Assembly (NCBI GenBank): GCA_964645485.1
Contig: CAZXZO010000004.1
Coordinates: 1 to 64,000 of the forward strand
Length of the DNA: 64,000 bases
Direction of reading: 5' to 3'
DNA from: an uncultured Candidatus Poseidoniales archaeon
GTDB lineage: Archaea; Thermoplasmatota; Poseidoniia; Poseidoniales; Thalassarchaeaceae
Shown here: positions 1 through 8,567 of the stretch, piece after piece
How positions within the stretch are numbered: position 1 is the stretch's first letter
Layout of the letters: every line of letters begins with the position of its first letter
Position numbers and translations under genes: made by a program
Notes under the pieces: generated by a model
What the model was told of the DNA's origin: nothing
The model's input: the letters and a program-made list of their open reading frames with translations, nothing else
Databases searched by the model: none

Positions 1-305
1 AGTCCAGGTAATCCCATTGCTGACAGTCGGTGGTCCTGTGCCCAAGCACTACCTAGTTGGCGCCCAATTTCTGATTTTGATTCGCTTCCATCCGCTTGCA
101 TCGATAATACAGCCATTATTGCTGCCAAACGCCTGAGATTGGTTCGGTCAGCACTGTTCTCTTCTGTTTGTGAAACTACTGGTTCTTCTATTGGCCCGGA
201 CGTTTCCGTGATATTTGGTGTGTCAAAATCTTCTATGTCTGTGAGAGGTCCACGTGCAGATTGGAGAATCTTGCTTAGAGCATCGCTGTACGACTCTTCT
301 TCCAT
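1..305 (-). CDS. Small acyl-CoA carboxylase accessory (epsilon/delta-like) protein, truncated by window edge
   Basis: Not in the ORF track. Read manually from the ATG at 305: MEEESYSDAL...LRRLAAIMAVLSM...GSAWAQDHRLSAMGLPG, open to base 1. It lies directly downstream of the carboxyltransferase. The AAIxAV...W pattern resembles Acc epsilon-type subunits. Confidence 0.55.
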   Translation of the reverse strand, partial: MEEESYSDALSKILQSARGPLTDIEDFDTPNITETSGPIEEPVVSQTEENSADRTNLRRLAAIMAVLSMQADGSESKSEIGRQLGSAWAQDHRLSAMGLPG

Positions 306-314
306 AATTTCACC

Positions 315-1868
315 TCACAAGGGTATATTTCCGTGTTTTCTAGCGGGTCGTTCCTCTTGTTTATCTAGTAACATGCCAAGAGCTTTACACAGTTTCGAAC
401 GGGTTTCTCTTGGTTCAACTACATCATCAATATATCCGAGGGATGCAGCCTTGTATGGATTAGCGAAAAGTTCCCCGTACTCTTCAACCAGTCTCCCTCT
501 TTCTTGATCTGGGTTGGTTGCAGATTTGATTCTGTTGCGGTGGATAATTTGGACTGCACCATCAGCCCCCATGACAGCGAGTTGTGCTGTTGGCCATGCG
601 ATGTTGTAATCTCCTCGGATATGCTTTGAGCACATCACATCGTAGGCTCCGCCGTAGGCTTTTCTCATGATGACGGTCAGTTTTGGCACAGTTGCTTCCG
701 AATATGCATAGAGTAATTTCGCGCCATGACGGATGATTCCACCCCATTCTTGATTGGCACCTGGCAAGAATCCTGGGACGTCAACCATGGTTAGCAGCGG
801 AATGTTAAACGCATCACAGAAGCGGATGAATCTAGCCGCCTTCACCGATGCATCAATGTCTAAGCACCCAGCGAGATTTTTCGGCTGATTGCCAACAATT
901 CCGACAGTGTTTCCGTCTAATCTTCCATATCCGACAACGATATTGGGGGCGAAATCTGCTTGGACTTCTAAAAATGCGCCATCATCTACAATTTCACTTA
1001 TCACATCAATTACATCATATGGCTTTTGAGAATCTTCAGGCACAATATGTTGTAAATTCTCACATTTACGGGAAGGTGGGTCTTTTGTGGGTTTGACTGG
1101 TGTTGTTTCCAAATTATTCTGTGGTAAATGTGATACTAGGTTTCTTGTGATTTCAAGTGCATCTTCATCGTCTGATGCTGTAAAGTGTGTTACCCCTGAA
1201 AGCGAGGCGTGTGTTGAAGCACCACCCAATTCTTCAAAACTAACTTCTTCATTAGTTACGGTTTTGATCACTTCTGGGCCGGTGATGAACATGTGGGCTG
1301 TTTTGTCAACCATGACAACAAAATCAGTGATTGCAGGGCTATAGACCGCACCACCCGCACAAGGTCCCATGATTATACTAATTTGAGGAATGATTCCACT
1401 TGCTCTAACATTGCGGAAGAAAATTTCAGCGTATGAGCCTAAACTTGCTACACCTTCCTGTATTCTAGCGCCACCACTATCGTTGAGACCGATTACAGGC
1501 GCACCGGTTTTCATTGCCATATCGAGAACTTTGCAAATCTTTAGACCGTGCATTTCTCCAAGACTACCACCATAAACAGTGAAATCTTGAGCAAAACAGA
1601 ATACTGGTCTGCCGTCAATTAATCCGTGTCCAGTAACAACGCCATCGCCAGGGATTACATTTTGGTCCATGCCGAAGTCACGGCATCGGTGCTCAACTAG
1701 TGAATCAATTTCTTGAAATGAGCCTTCATCTAGCAACATTTCCAATCTTTCACGCGCAGTCAACTTGCCTTTCGCGTGCTGGGCGTCAACCCTCTGAGAC
1801 CCTCCGCCTGCGGCCGCAATTGCCTTCCGCTTGCGCAAATCGTCAAGCCTTTCCTCAGTCGACTCCAT
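315..1868 (-). CDS. pccB: Acyl-CoA (propionyl/methylmalonyl-CoA) carboxyltransferase beta subunit
   Basis: Motifs [47 protein letters not shown] and KHGNIPL. Start moved to MESTEE (1868) because the longer ORF overlaps the divergent gene. Confidence 0.93.
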   Translation of the reverse strand: MESTEERLDDLRKRKAIAAAGGGSQRVDAQHAKGKLTARERLEMLLDEGSFQEIDSLVEHRCRDFGMDQNVIPGDGVVTGHGLIDGRPVFCFAQDFTVYGGSLGEMHGLKICKVLDMAMKTGAPVIGLNDSGGARIQEGVASLGSYAEIFFRNVRASGIIPQISIIMGPCAGGAVYSPAITDFVVMVDKTAHMFITGPEVIKTVTNEEVSFEELGGASTHASLSGVTHFTASDDEDALEITRNLVSHLPQNNLETTPVKPTKDPPSRKCENLQHIVPEDSQKPYDVIDVISEIVDDGAFLEVQADFAPNIVVGYGRLDGNTVGIVGNQPKNLAGCLDIDASVKAARFIRFCDAFNIPLLTMVDVPGFLPGANQEWGGIIRHGAKLLYAYSEATVPKLTVIMRKAYGGAYDVMCSKHIRGDYNIAWPTAQLAVMGADGAVQIIHRNRIKSATNPDQERGRLVEEYGELFANPYKAASLGYIDDVVEPRETRSKLCKALGMLLDKQEERPARKHGNIPL

Positions 1869-1998
1869 CCCGCTCAACTTGCAGGTGACCACGCTAGCCA
1901 ATAGACTATGCGGAAAATTGAACCGAATTTGGTTGCTCATAAAATGAGATACGCTCAATTGAAAGGGTGACGCCATTTCCACGAGGTTGAGGGTAGCC

Positions 1999-2445
1999 AT
2001 GCGTATTGTGATTGCCAAACCGGGGTTAGATGGTCATGACCGTGGTGCAAAGGTTGTGGCGCGGGCTTTGCGTGATGCAGGACATGAGGTGATTTACACT
2101 GGATTGCGAAGAACTCCTGAACAAATTGTTAGGACAGTTCTTGATGAAGATGTTGACATGCTTGGGCTGTCCTCATTATCAGGTGCACATGCGTTCCTCT
2201 TTCCTAGAGTCTGTGAACTGTTGGTGGAAGCAGGTTGTACTGATGTAACTGTTTTTGGCGGCGGCATAATCCCTCTAGATGAGCGTCAACCTCTATTTGA
2301 TTCTGGGATGAGAGCAATATTTGGCCCGGGAACAAAAATGCACGAAATGGCAGAGTTTGTGGAGGCAGTAATTTCTCGGGCCTCGTCAAATCAACCGGTT
2401 GGGGTTGGAGAAGGCGGGGATTGGGTTTGGAATGGCGGAGAGTGA
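1999..2445 (+). CDS. Methylmalonyl-CoA mutase C-terminal cobalamin-binding subunit
   Basis: [12 protein letters not shown] (DxHxxG B12 motif), [22 protein letters not shown]. Confidence 0.92.
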   Translation: MRIVIAKPGLDGHDRGAKVVARALRDAGHEVIYTGLRRTPEQIVRTVLDEDVDMLGLSSLSGAHAFLFPRVCELLVEAGCTDVTVFGGGIIPLDERQPLFDSGMRAIFGPGTKMHEMAEFVEAVISRASSNQPVGVGEGGDWVWNGGE

Positions 2446-3322
2446 CCCTTTGTCAAAAACAATTTTTGAACAAGCGGTTTCAGGAAATCGGAGAAGTTTG
2501 GCAAAGTTACTAACTGCTGTTGAAAATGGCGAAGTCAGCCATGAATCACTTGGAATTTCACCACGAATTGCAGATGGTTCTGTTATCGGCCTCACTGGTG
2601 CTCCAGGTGTAGGGAAGAGTTGTCTCATTGAGGGATTATTGAGCAAATGGACTTCTGACGGGTTGAAAATCGCCGTTATTGCAGTTGACCCGTCATCACC
2701 ATTGACTGGTGGCGCACTTCTTGGAGACAGGGTAAGAATGGAATCTGCTGACAATAACCCAGATGTATTTGTTCGCTCTTTTGCCACAAGGAATCAACCA
2801 GGTGGCATGCCTAATGCAGTGGTTTTAGCGGCAGATGTAATGCGCCAATGTGGATACGATATTGTTCTGATTGAGACTGTTGGGGCTGGCCAATCTGAGA
2901 TTCGTGTAGTTTCTGTTGCCGATAGAATAGTCCTAGTCGAAGCCCCACAAAGAGGTGACGAAGTTCAAGCAGAAAAAGCCGGTGTGATGGAACTCGCTGA
3001 TTTGATTGTGGTGAATAAATCCGATTTGGAAGGTTCAAAACGTGCCGCTGACAATATTATTTCGGCACTTGGACTGACTAGTAACCCTCCTCCAGTCTTA
3101 CTTGCATCGGCTAGGAATTCTGCTGGCATTGAAAATTTAGCCAACCAAATGAAAACTCTTCAGGCAAAACCAGGTGCGGAATTAGCGCGGGCACGTGAAC
3201 GATTATTGACTGCATGGGATAACGCACTTTTGACTCGTGAGGACATAAACGAGGTTCTTGAGAATCTCGCTAGTTCGGAAAATTCTGCTCAAGATTGGGT
3301 TGACAAAAACCTGAGGTGGTAA
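2432..3322 (+). CDS. meaB: MeaB/ArgK-family GTPase chaperone of methylmalonyl-CoA mutase
   Basis: GAPGVGKS, AVDPSSP, GGALLGDRVRM, ETVGAGQSE and NKSD; overlaps the B12-domain gene. Confidence 0.9.
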   Translation: MAESDPLSKTIFEQAVSGNRRSLAKLLTAVENGEVSHESLGISPRIADGSVIGLTGAPGVGKSCLIEGLLSKWTSDGLKIAVIAVDPSSPLTGGALLGDRVRMESADNNPDVFVRSFATRNQPGGMPNAVVLAADVMRQCGYDIVLIETVGAGQSEIRVVSVADRIVLVEAPQRGDEVQAEKAGVMELADLIVVNKSDLEGSKRAADNIISALGLTSNPPPVLLASARNSAGIENLANQMKTLQAKPGAELARARERLLTAWDNALLTREDINEVLENLASSENSAQDWVDKNLRW

Positions 3323-3975
3323 ACTTGGAAGAAGGAATTGCCCTAAGTGAAGAAGCATATGAAGCAGACCATGTTAAACACAGTGTAGGTGGTTTTTCTG
3401 GTCACCTTTTACGTAGAATTGTACATCTTGCATTAGCGATTATTCCTTGGCTTTACTATTGGCATGGGGAAGCAATTGCCGGCAATTTTGAGACAACTCC
3501 TCAAAATTTCGCTCTTGTGTTGTTGGGGATTATTATCGTAGCAGAACTAATTCGTCTAAAATTCGGCTTGACTATTTTTGGTCAACGCGCCTATGAGGCA
3601 AAGCAGTTGAGTGCACTATTTTGGGGTGCAGTATCGGTTGTGTTAGCACTCGTATTATTGCCACATATTGGAGTCATGGGGGCGGCATTTGGTGCGCCGC
3701 TGGTTCTTGGATTAGCATTTGGCGATCCTGTTATGGGTGAAATCCGGCGCGCTGGTAAAGAACCAAAATTTGTAGCGATTGGTGGTCTTATCACAGTCTA
3801 TATTGTGTGGATCTTATCTTGGAAATGTTTAGGCACACCGCTTCTTTTTGCTATTCTAATTCCACCTATCCAGGTTGCTGCAGAATGGCCTCGCTTGCGT
3901 TGGATTGATGATAATGGAACCATGGTTCTAATTCCATTATTGGTGATTTTACTTTTGACAGCATTCGGTCTATGA
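3316..3975 (+). CDS. Membrane protein, dolichol/phytol kinase-like (CTP-dependent) family
   Basis: Several TM segments; RRIVHL near the N-terminus, GDP..G and DDN motifs typical of this family. Confidence 0.55.
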   Translation: MVNLEEGIALSEEAYEADHVKHSVGGFSGHLLRRIVHLALAIIPWLYYWHGEAIAGNFETTPQNFALVLLGIIIVAELIRLKFGLTIFGQRAYEAKQLSALFWGAVSVVLALVLLPHIGVMGAAFGAPLVLGLAFGDPVMGEIRRAGKEPKFVAIGGLITVYIVWILSWKCLGTPLLFAILIPPIQVAAEWPRLRWIDDNGTMVLIPLLVILLLTAFGL

Positions 3976-4068
3976 ATTTCCTAATTCAGCGTTTGATGAT
4001 AACCTGATGAAGTAAAAGAAAGTTGAATGTGGGTTATGGTTAAAATCCGAATCCACTTCGACAGCAAT

Positions 4069-4176
4069 ATGAGTGACGAGATATTGCAAGACGATGCCCC
4101 TTCACAGAGCCTGTATGTCTTTGTTTACGCAGTATCTCTCATCGCGACATTGGTGATTGGATTCGTGTACTGGTGA
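4069..4176 (+). CDS. 35-aa single-pass membrane microprotein
   Basis: Below the ORF-track cutoff: MSDEILQDDAPSQSLYVFVYAVSLIATLVIGFVYW. Acidic N-terminus, clean hydrophobic helix, TTAAAA about 25 nt upstream. Confidence 0.55.
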   Translation: MSDEILQDDAPSQSLYVFVYAVSLIATLVIGFVYW

Positions 4177-4234
4177 GATGAATCATTCTTCTGCGACACA
4201 ATCTTTTAGCGGGTGAATTGCCGGATTGGTACGA

Positions 4235-6106
4235 ATGTGCGGTATAACGGCTATTCTTGGTGATGGGGACACATCCCTAACTCGTGAGATGGCTGACCTG
4301 TTATCTCACCGTGGGCCTGATGGAATTCGGGTTTGGGGCGACGAGGTTTGCTCTCTTGGTCACTCTCGCCTTTCTATTGTTGACTTAATGGGTTCAGACC
4401 AGCCGATTGGTTCTGAACATGGTTGCTGGCTAGTACAAAATGGTGAAATCTATAATTTTCGTAGTTTAAGGAAAAAATACTCTGGATATGATTGGCGCAC
4501 AAAAGGAGATGGTGAGGTAATTCTTGCTTCTCACTGGTCCGCACTTCACAGTAATTCCAGCGTCCCTTCACCTGCAGAATCATTTCGCTCATCACTTTCC
4601 GGTCACTTGAGGAGAACTCCAAGTGCTTCCAAGCCAGGTAATCCAGCAACTGCGCATGTTGAATGGGTAAGTCAGTTGGATGGGATTTGGGGATTTGCTC
4701 TGTGGGATTCTAAGCGTCAAGAATTGATTCTTTGTCGCGACCCGTTGGGAGTTAAGCCTCTATTACGAACATTGACTCCGTCGGGAGAACTGCTAGTGGC
4801 AAGTGAAGCCAAAGCATTCCGGGCACATCCTGATTATGTATCAAAAATTGATGAAAATGCAATGTTAGCGAGGCTTGCATTTGAATATTCACTAGATGAA
4901 ACTACTTTGTTCGAGGGTGTTTCTCAGGTAGCACCTGCAACAATTGAGACTTGGGCTCTAGACCGGGAGGGTAGGGCAACTCTTACGGGGGTGGCAACTT
5001 ATTCTACTGAGAGAATTGTTCCTAGCGACACATGGAATCCTGAGTTAGACGCTCCCGTTTTACTTGATAGCCTGTGCAGTAGTATTGGTGACCGCTTGAT
5101 GTCTGATGTCCCACTTGGAATTATTCTATCTGGCGGCTTGGATTCAAGCCTAGTGGCTGGTCTTGCCCACAAGGCATCAGCACAAACTGGGCAACCGGTC
5201 CCAGAGTGTTGGACAGTTGCAGAAGATGAGGATAACCCAGATTTTCGTGCCGCAGAGGAAGTGTGTTCAGCACTTGATTTAGGTCATCACACATCAACAT
5301 TGGATGATGATTGCTTTTGGCGAACATTACCATCGTTAAGCTGGCATGGTGAAGACTTGGATATTTCAGTTCTATTTTTCCAGCCGCTTTTTGAGAAAAT
5401 GTCATCCGCAGTCACTGTTGGCTTATGTGGTCAAGGTGCTGATGAACTACATGGCGGATATCCTCGTTACCGAAATTTAGTAGGTCATCAAGAGTTGATA
5501 TCTTCTCGATTATCTGTCAGTCGACATCCCTTTGCAGACCATCTTGTGAATGATATTTCTACAGTTGAAGAACAAGGTCCGGCTCAGCCGTGGCGTGCTC
5601 AAAAGCATAATCCTGCAGAGGTGTTTTCAGATTTAACAAGCACTTTACAATTTGAAATGGACCACGGTCAACTAACTAACTTTCAGTTGCGTCTAGTTGA
5701 CCGCCACAGTATGGCTCATGGTTTAGAAGTCAGAGTTCCTTTTTTGGGTGCAGCACATCGTCAAGCATCAAGTACAATTCCAAAAGATTGGAGGGTACGA
5801 GGTCAACAAGAAAAACTTGCATTACGGGCAGCAGCAGCGATGACTGATTTACCTAAATCAATTGTTAATCGGCCAAAACTTCCAGCAGGAACTGCAACGA
5901 CTCCAACTCTTTTGGATGAAATGTTGACTGAATTAAAGCCGCATGCAAAAGAATGGGCTGCAAGTTATCCAAGATTAGAAAGAATACTCAATACTCAGCC
6001 GGATATGGCAATCGGATTACGACTTTTTGAATCGCTACACATAATTGACGGTGGCCTTGGTAGAGAATCCAAAGGACTTTGGGACTTGCTGCAGGATTTG
6101 GATTGA
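4235..6106 (+). CDS. asnB: Asparagine synthase (glutamine-hydrolysing)-like amidotransferase
   Basis: N-terminal MCGI, HRGPD, RLSIVD, NGEIYN, LSGGLDSS, GQGADELHGGY, SMAHGLEVRVPFL. Confidence 0.88.
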   Translation: MCGITAILGDGDTSLTREMADLLSHRGPDGIRVWGDEVCSLGHSRLSIVDLMGSDQPIGSEHGCWLVQNGEIYNFRSLRKKYSGYDWRTKGDGEVILASHWSALHSNSSVPSPAESFRSSLSGHLRRTPSASKPGNPATAHVEWVSQLDGIWGFALWDSKRQELILCRDPLGVKPLLRTLTPSGELLVASEAKAFRAHPDYVSKIDENAMLARLAFEYSLDETTLFEGVSQVAPATIETWALDREGRATLTGVATYSTERIVPSDTWNPELDAPVLLDSLCSSIGDRLMSDVPLGIILSGGLDSSLVAGLAHKASAQTGQPVPECWTVAEDEDNPDFRAAEEVCSALDLGHHTSTLDDDCFWRTLPSLSWHGEDLDISVLFFQPLFEKMSSAVTVGLCGQGADELHGGYPRYRNLVGHQELISSRLSVSRHPFADHLVNDISTVEEQGPAQPWRAQKHNPAEVFSDLTSTLQFEMDHGQLTNFQLRLVDRHSMAHGLEVRVPFLGAAHRQASSTIPKDWRVRGQQEKLALRAAAAMTDLPKSIVNRPKLPAGTATTPTLLDEMLTELKPHAKEWAASYPRLERILNTQPDMAIGLRLFESLHIIDGGLGRESKGLWDLLQDLD

Positions 6107-6115
6107 GGCTTCATA

Positions 6116-7363
6116 ATGACAGAATATAGAGGCCCAAACTTGCTTGCAGAATTATCTGCAAAGTTAGAGTCTAAGCGACAAGAATTGTCCGATTTCTTTG
6201 CTTCTGAGCGCAAAAAACTCCCTATGCCACTATACGCTTCTGTTGATATTAGAGATGCTGGCTGGAAAGTTGCTGCGGTAGACGCGAATGCTTACCCTGC
6301 CGGATTCAATAATGTGAGTTTGTCAGACCACACTCATCTTTCAGGACACTTAATGGAATGGCTGAATAAAGAACACCCGAACAAAAAATGGTTACACATT
6401 TGGCCGGAAAGTCACACAAGAAACAAGGGTTATGTTGAGAATCTAATAACACTCCAACAATTATTTTCACGAGATGGAAAAAAAGTCACGGTCGGTTCAC
6501 CACAACTTAACGAACTAGATGAGGTTGAAGGGTTAACTGGTGTACTAAAACTCTCAAACACCACAGTAAATGGAGAATTAAGAGTTGCAGGGTCGACGCC
6601 TGATTTGGTGATTATGAATAATGATTTGAGTAACGGTCCTTTACAAGGAATAGGCAGTGTGCCAGTTGCTCCACCTCAAGCAATGGGATGGTATCAGCGA
6701 AAAAAATCAAACCACTTTAGACATGTTCAACCTTTCATTGATAGAGCCGCTGAAATTCTAGAAATTGACCCTTGGTTATTGGGGACACACTGGTTTGTTA
6801 GTGAAGATAAATGTCTAGAAGAAGAAGCATGTAAAATTAAATTGGCGGCTCATGTTGATGCATTTCTGGAATTTTTGAAAACGAAGTACGATGAGTACGG
6901 AATTGAAGGTGAACCGGTGTTGTTCGTGAAGAACGACTCGGGCACTTATGGTCTTGGAATTCTTGAAATTCGTAATGGTGAACAATTGTTGAACTTATCA
7001 AACAGAAAAGTGAACAAATTGACTTATGGCAAGGGTGGTACAGAAGCGATTGATTTCCTAATCCAGGAAGGAGTTCCTACTGCTTTGAAAGTTGATGACC
7101 ATGTGATAGAACCATGCGTTTATGGCGCTGGTGGGCATAGTTGCTCAACATTTTACAGAGCAAATCCAAAGAAAGGTGTTATTGCAAATTTGAATACTCC
7201 TTCTACAAAATTTTTGCAGCCTGAAGATCTGTCAAAAATGGAAGGTGGAGATTTGATTCTAGGGCGTTTTGACAATTGGCATTCTCTAGTTGCCGAATTA
7301 GCAATGCTCGCAATGGGGTCAGAACTTGCTGAACTCAGTTCAAAAGACGTTGCTCATGATTGA
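6116..7363 (+). CDS. gshA: Glutamate--cysteine ligase, divergent GshA type
   Basis: PLYASVDIRDAGWKVAAVDANAYPAGFNN, HTRNKGY, VKNDSGTYGLG and IQEGVPT match the betaproteobacterial-type GshA family. Confidence 0.8.
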   Translation: MTEYRGPNLLAELSAKLESKRQELSDFFASERKKLPMPLYASVDIRDAGWKVAAVDANAYPAGFNNVSLSDHTHLSGHLMEWLNKEHPNKKWLHIWPESHTRNKGYVENLITLQQLFSRDGKKVTVGSPQLNELDEVEGLTGVLKLSNTTVNGELRVAGSTPDLVIMNNDLSNGPLQGIGSVPVAPPQAMGWYQRKKSNHFRHVQPFIDRAAEILEIDPWLLGTHWFVSEDKCLEEEACKIKLAAHVDAFLEFLKTKYDEYGIEGEPVLFVKNDSGTYGLGILEIRNGEQLLNLSNRKVNKLTYGKGGTEAIDFLIQEGVPTALKVDDHVIEPCVYGAGGHSCSTFYRANPKKGVIANLNTPSTKFLQPEDLSKMEGGDLILGRFDNWHSLVAELAMLAMGSELAELSSKDVAHD

Positions 7364-7853
7364 GCAACCAGGATTTCGTTTTGACTCCGTCTGCCGCGGA
7401 GTAATTGCCGAGGCTACCATCAGATTTGACAACTCGATGGCAAGGGACAAGAATTGTCCACGGATTTTTTGCCATAGTCGAGCCAACGGCTCGACTGGCA
7501 CCTGCTCTTTTCGCAGTTTTCGCCAATTCTCCATAAGTGGTTTTTTTTCCGAATGGCACTGTGTTTTGCAGGGTCAATAGAATACTCTTTTGAAATTCAG
7601 TTAATCCTGAATAATCAAGGCTGGGTTTTGTTGTCTCCTGTCCTAAAAAATATGCTTTTACCCATTTTTCAGCGTAATCCAGATGTTTACTTCCAGTCTT
7701 GCTTTGGGTCAGTGGAATGTCACACCACTGTAGCCGAGTTAATCCAATTTCACTTGCTTCGGCAATAATTGGTCCGATTGGCGTGGGGATTTTACGAACG
7801 CCTAACCTTCGCATTATCCATTGATTCTGAGATTCGGCCTTTGATTGTTTCAC
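7335..7853 (-). CDS. ogt: Methylated-DNA--protein-cysteine methyltransferase
   Basis: TYGELA, RAVGS and active-site VPCHRVV. The start could instead be 7814. Confidence 0.92.
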   Translation of the reverse strand: MKQSKAESQNQWIMRRLGVRKIPTPIGPIIAEASEIGLTRLQWCDIPLTQSKTGSKHLDYAEKWVKAYFLGQETTKPSLDYSGLTEFQKSILLTLQNTVPFGKKTTYGELAKTAKRAGASRAVGSTMAKNPWTILVPCHRVVKSDGSLGNYSAADGVKTKSWLLNHEQRLLN

Positions 7854-7856
7854 AAA

Positions 7857-8159
7857 TCAAGAATCATCTGATGTTTCCGATTCATCATCAGATTCCTCTT
7901 CATCCTTTTCCATTCCAACTATTTCATAATTTGAAGGGAAAAGTGCAACCACAATTCCAGCAATCATCGCTGCCAATCCCCAGTAGAATCGTTGTTGTAC
8001 TATCATCATTTCTAGAGCAACAACAACCAGTAATAAGCCGCCCAAATTTGAAACCCATACAAGGGTTTTGAAGGTTGAAAGAGTCACTCCTTTGTGGTGT
8101 TGTGAGCGGTAGGGTCCAAACTCTGCACCAAAGCGAACGGGGTCTTTTTCCTCACCCAT
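7857..8159 (-). CDS. Hypothetical two-TM membrane protein with acidic tail
   Basis: ORF fills the gap between ogt and the ferredoxin; two hydrophobic helices. Confidence 0.65.
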   Translation of the reverse strand: MGEEKDPVRFGAEFGPYRSQHHKGVTLSTFKTLVWVSNLGGLLLVVVALEMMIVQQRFYWGLAAMIAGIVVALFPSNYEIVGMEKDEEESDDESETSDDS

Positions 8160-8163
8160 TTAA

Positions 8164-8496
8164 TCACCTGTCAATCATGACTATTGCATCAGTAGGGCAG
8201 GCCAATACGCACAGCCGGCACCCAGTGCAGGGGTCTCGTAAAATCTTGGCTTTTTTATTTACTTCAACATGTAAAAGAGAATTTCTCAAGGGCGCGTCGT
8301 AGAGTTCAATAGCATCATCATCACAAACTATGAGGCATTGGTCACAGCCAATACATTGGTCTACATTTACAAATGCAACTACCTCTTCGCCTTCAGGAAT
8401 ATCCTCAGCGCTAATCTCGTACATCTCAGAAAGTCGTTGTTTGATGCGTTTCGCCTCAAGTTGGCGGCGCTTCGTGACATCGTCAACCTGACTCAT
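8164..8496 (-). CDS. 2x[4Fe-4S] ferredoxin with N-terminal extension
   Basis: CIGCDQCLIVC and CTGCRLCVLACP. Confidence 0.88.
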   Translation of the reverse strand: MSQVDDVTKRRQLEAKRIKQRLSEMYEISAEDIPEGEEVVAFVNVDQCIGCDQCLIVCDDDAIELYDAPLRNSLLHVEVNKKAKILRDPCTGCRLCVLACPTDAIVMIDR

Positions 8497-8567
8497 CTGA
8501 TTTCATCCTCAAGGCTTTCCACTTTCAAGTTGCTTACGTCGGATGGAACTTGATTGTTCGCTTGGAA

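Noticed and set aside
1869-2018. N-terminal extension of PccB
   Set aside because: It crosses the divergent promoter and overlaps the B12-domain gene; homology starts at MESTEE.
3996-4016. C/D-box sRNA (TGATGA...CTGA)
   Set aside because: Only 4 nt separate the boxes and there is no second guide or terminal box D.
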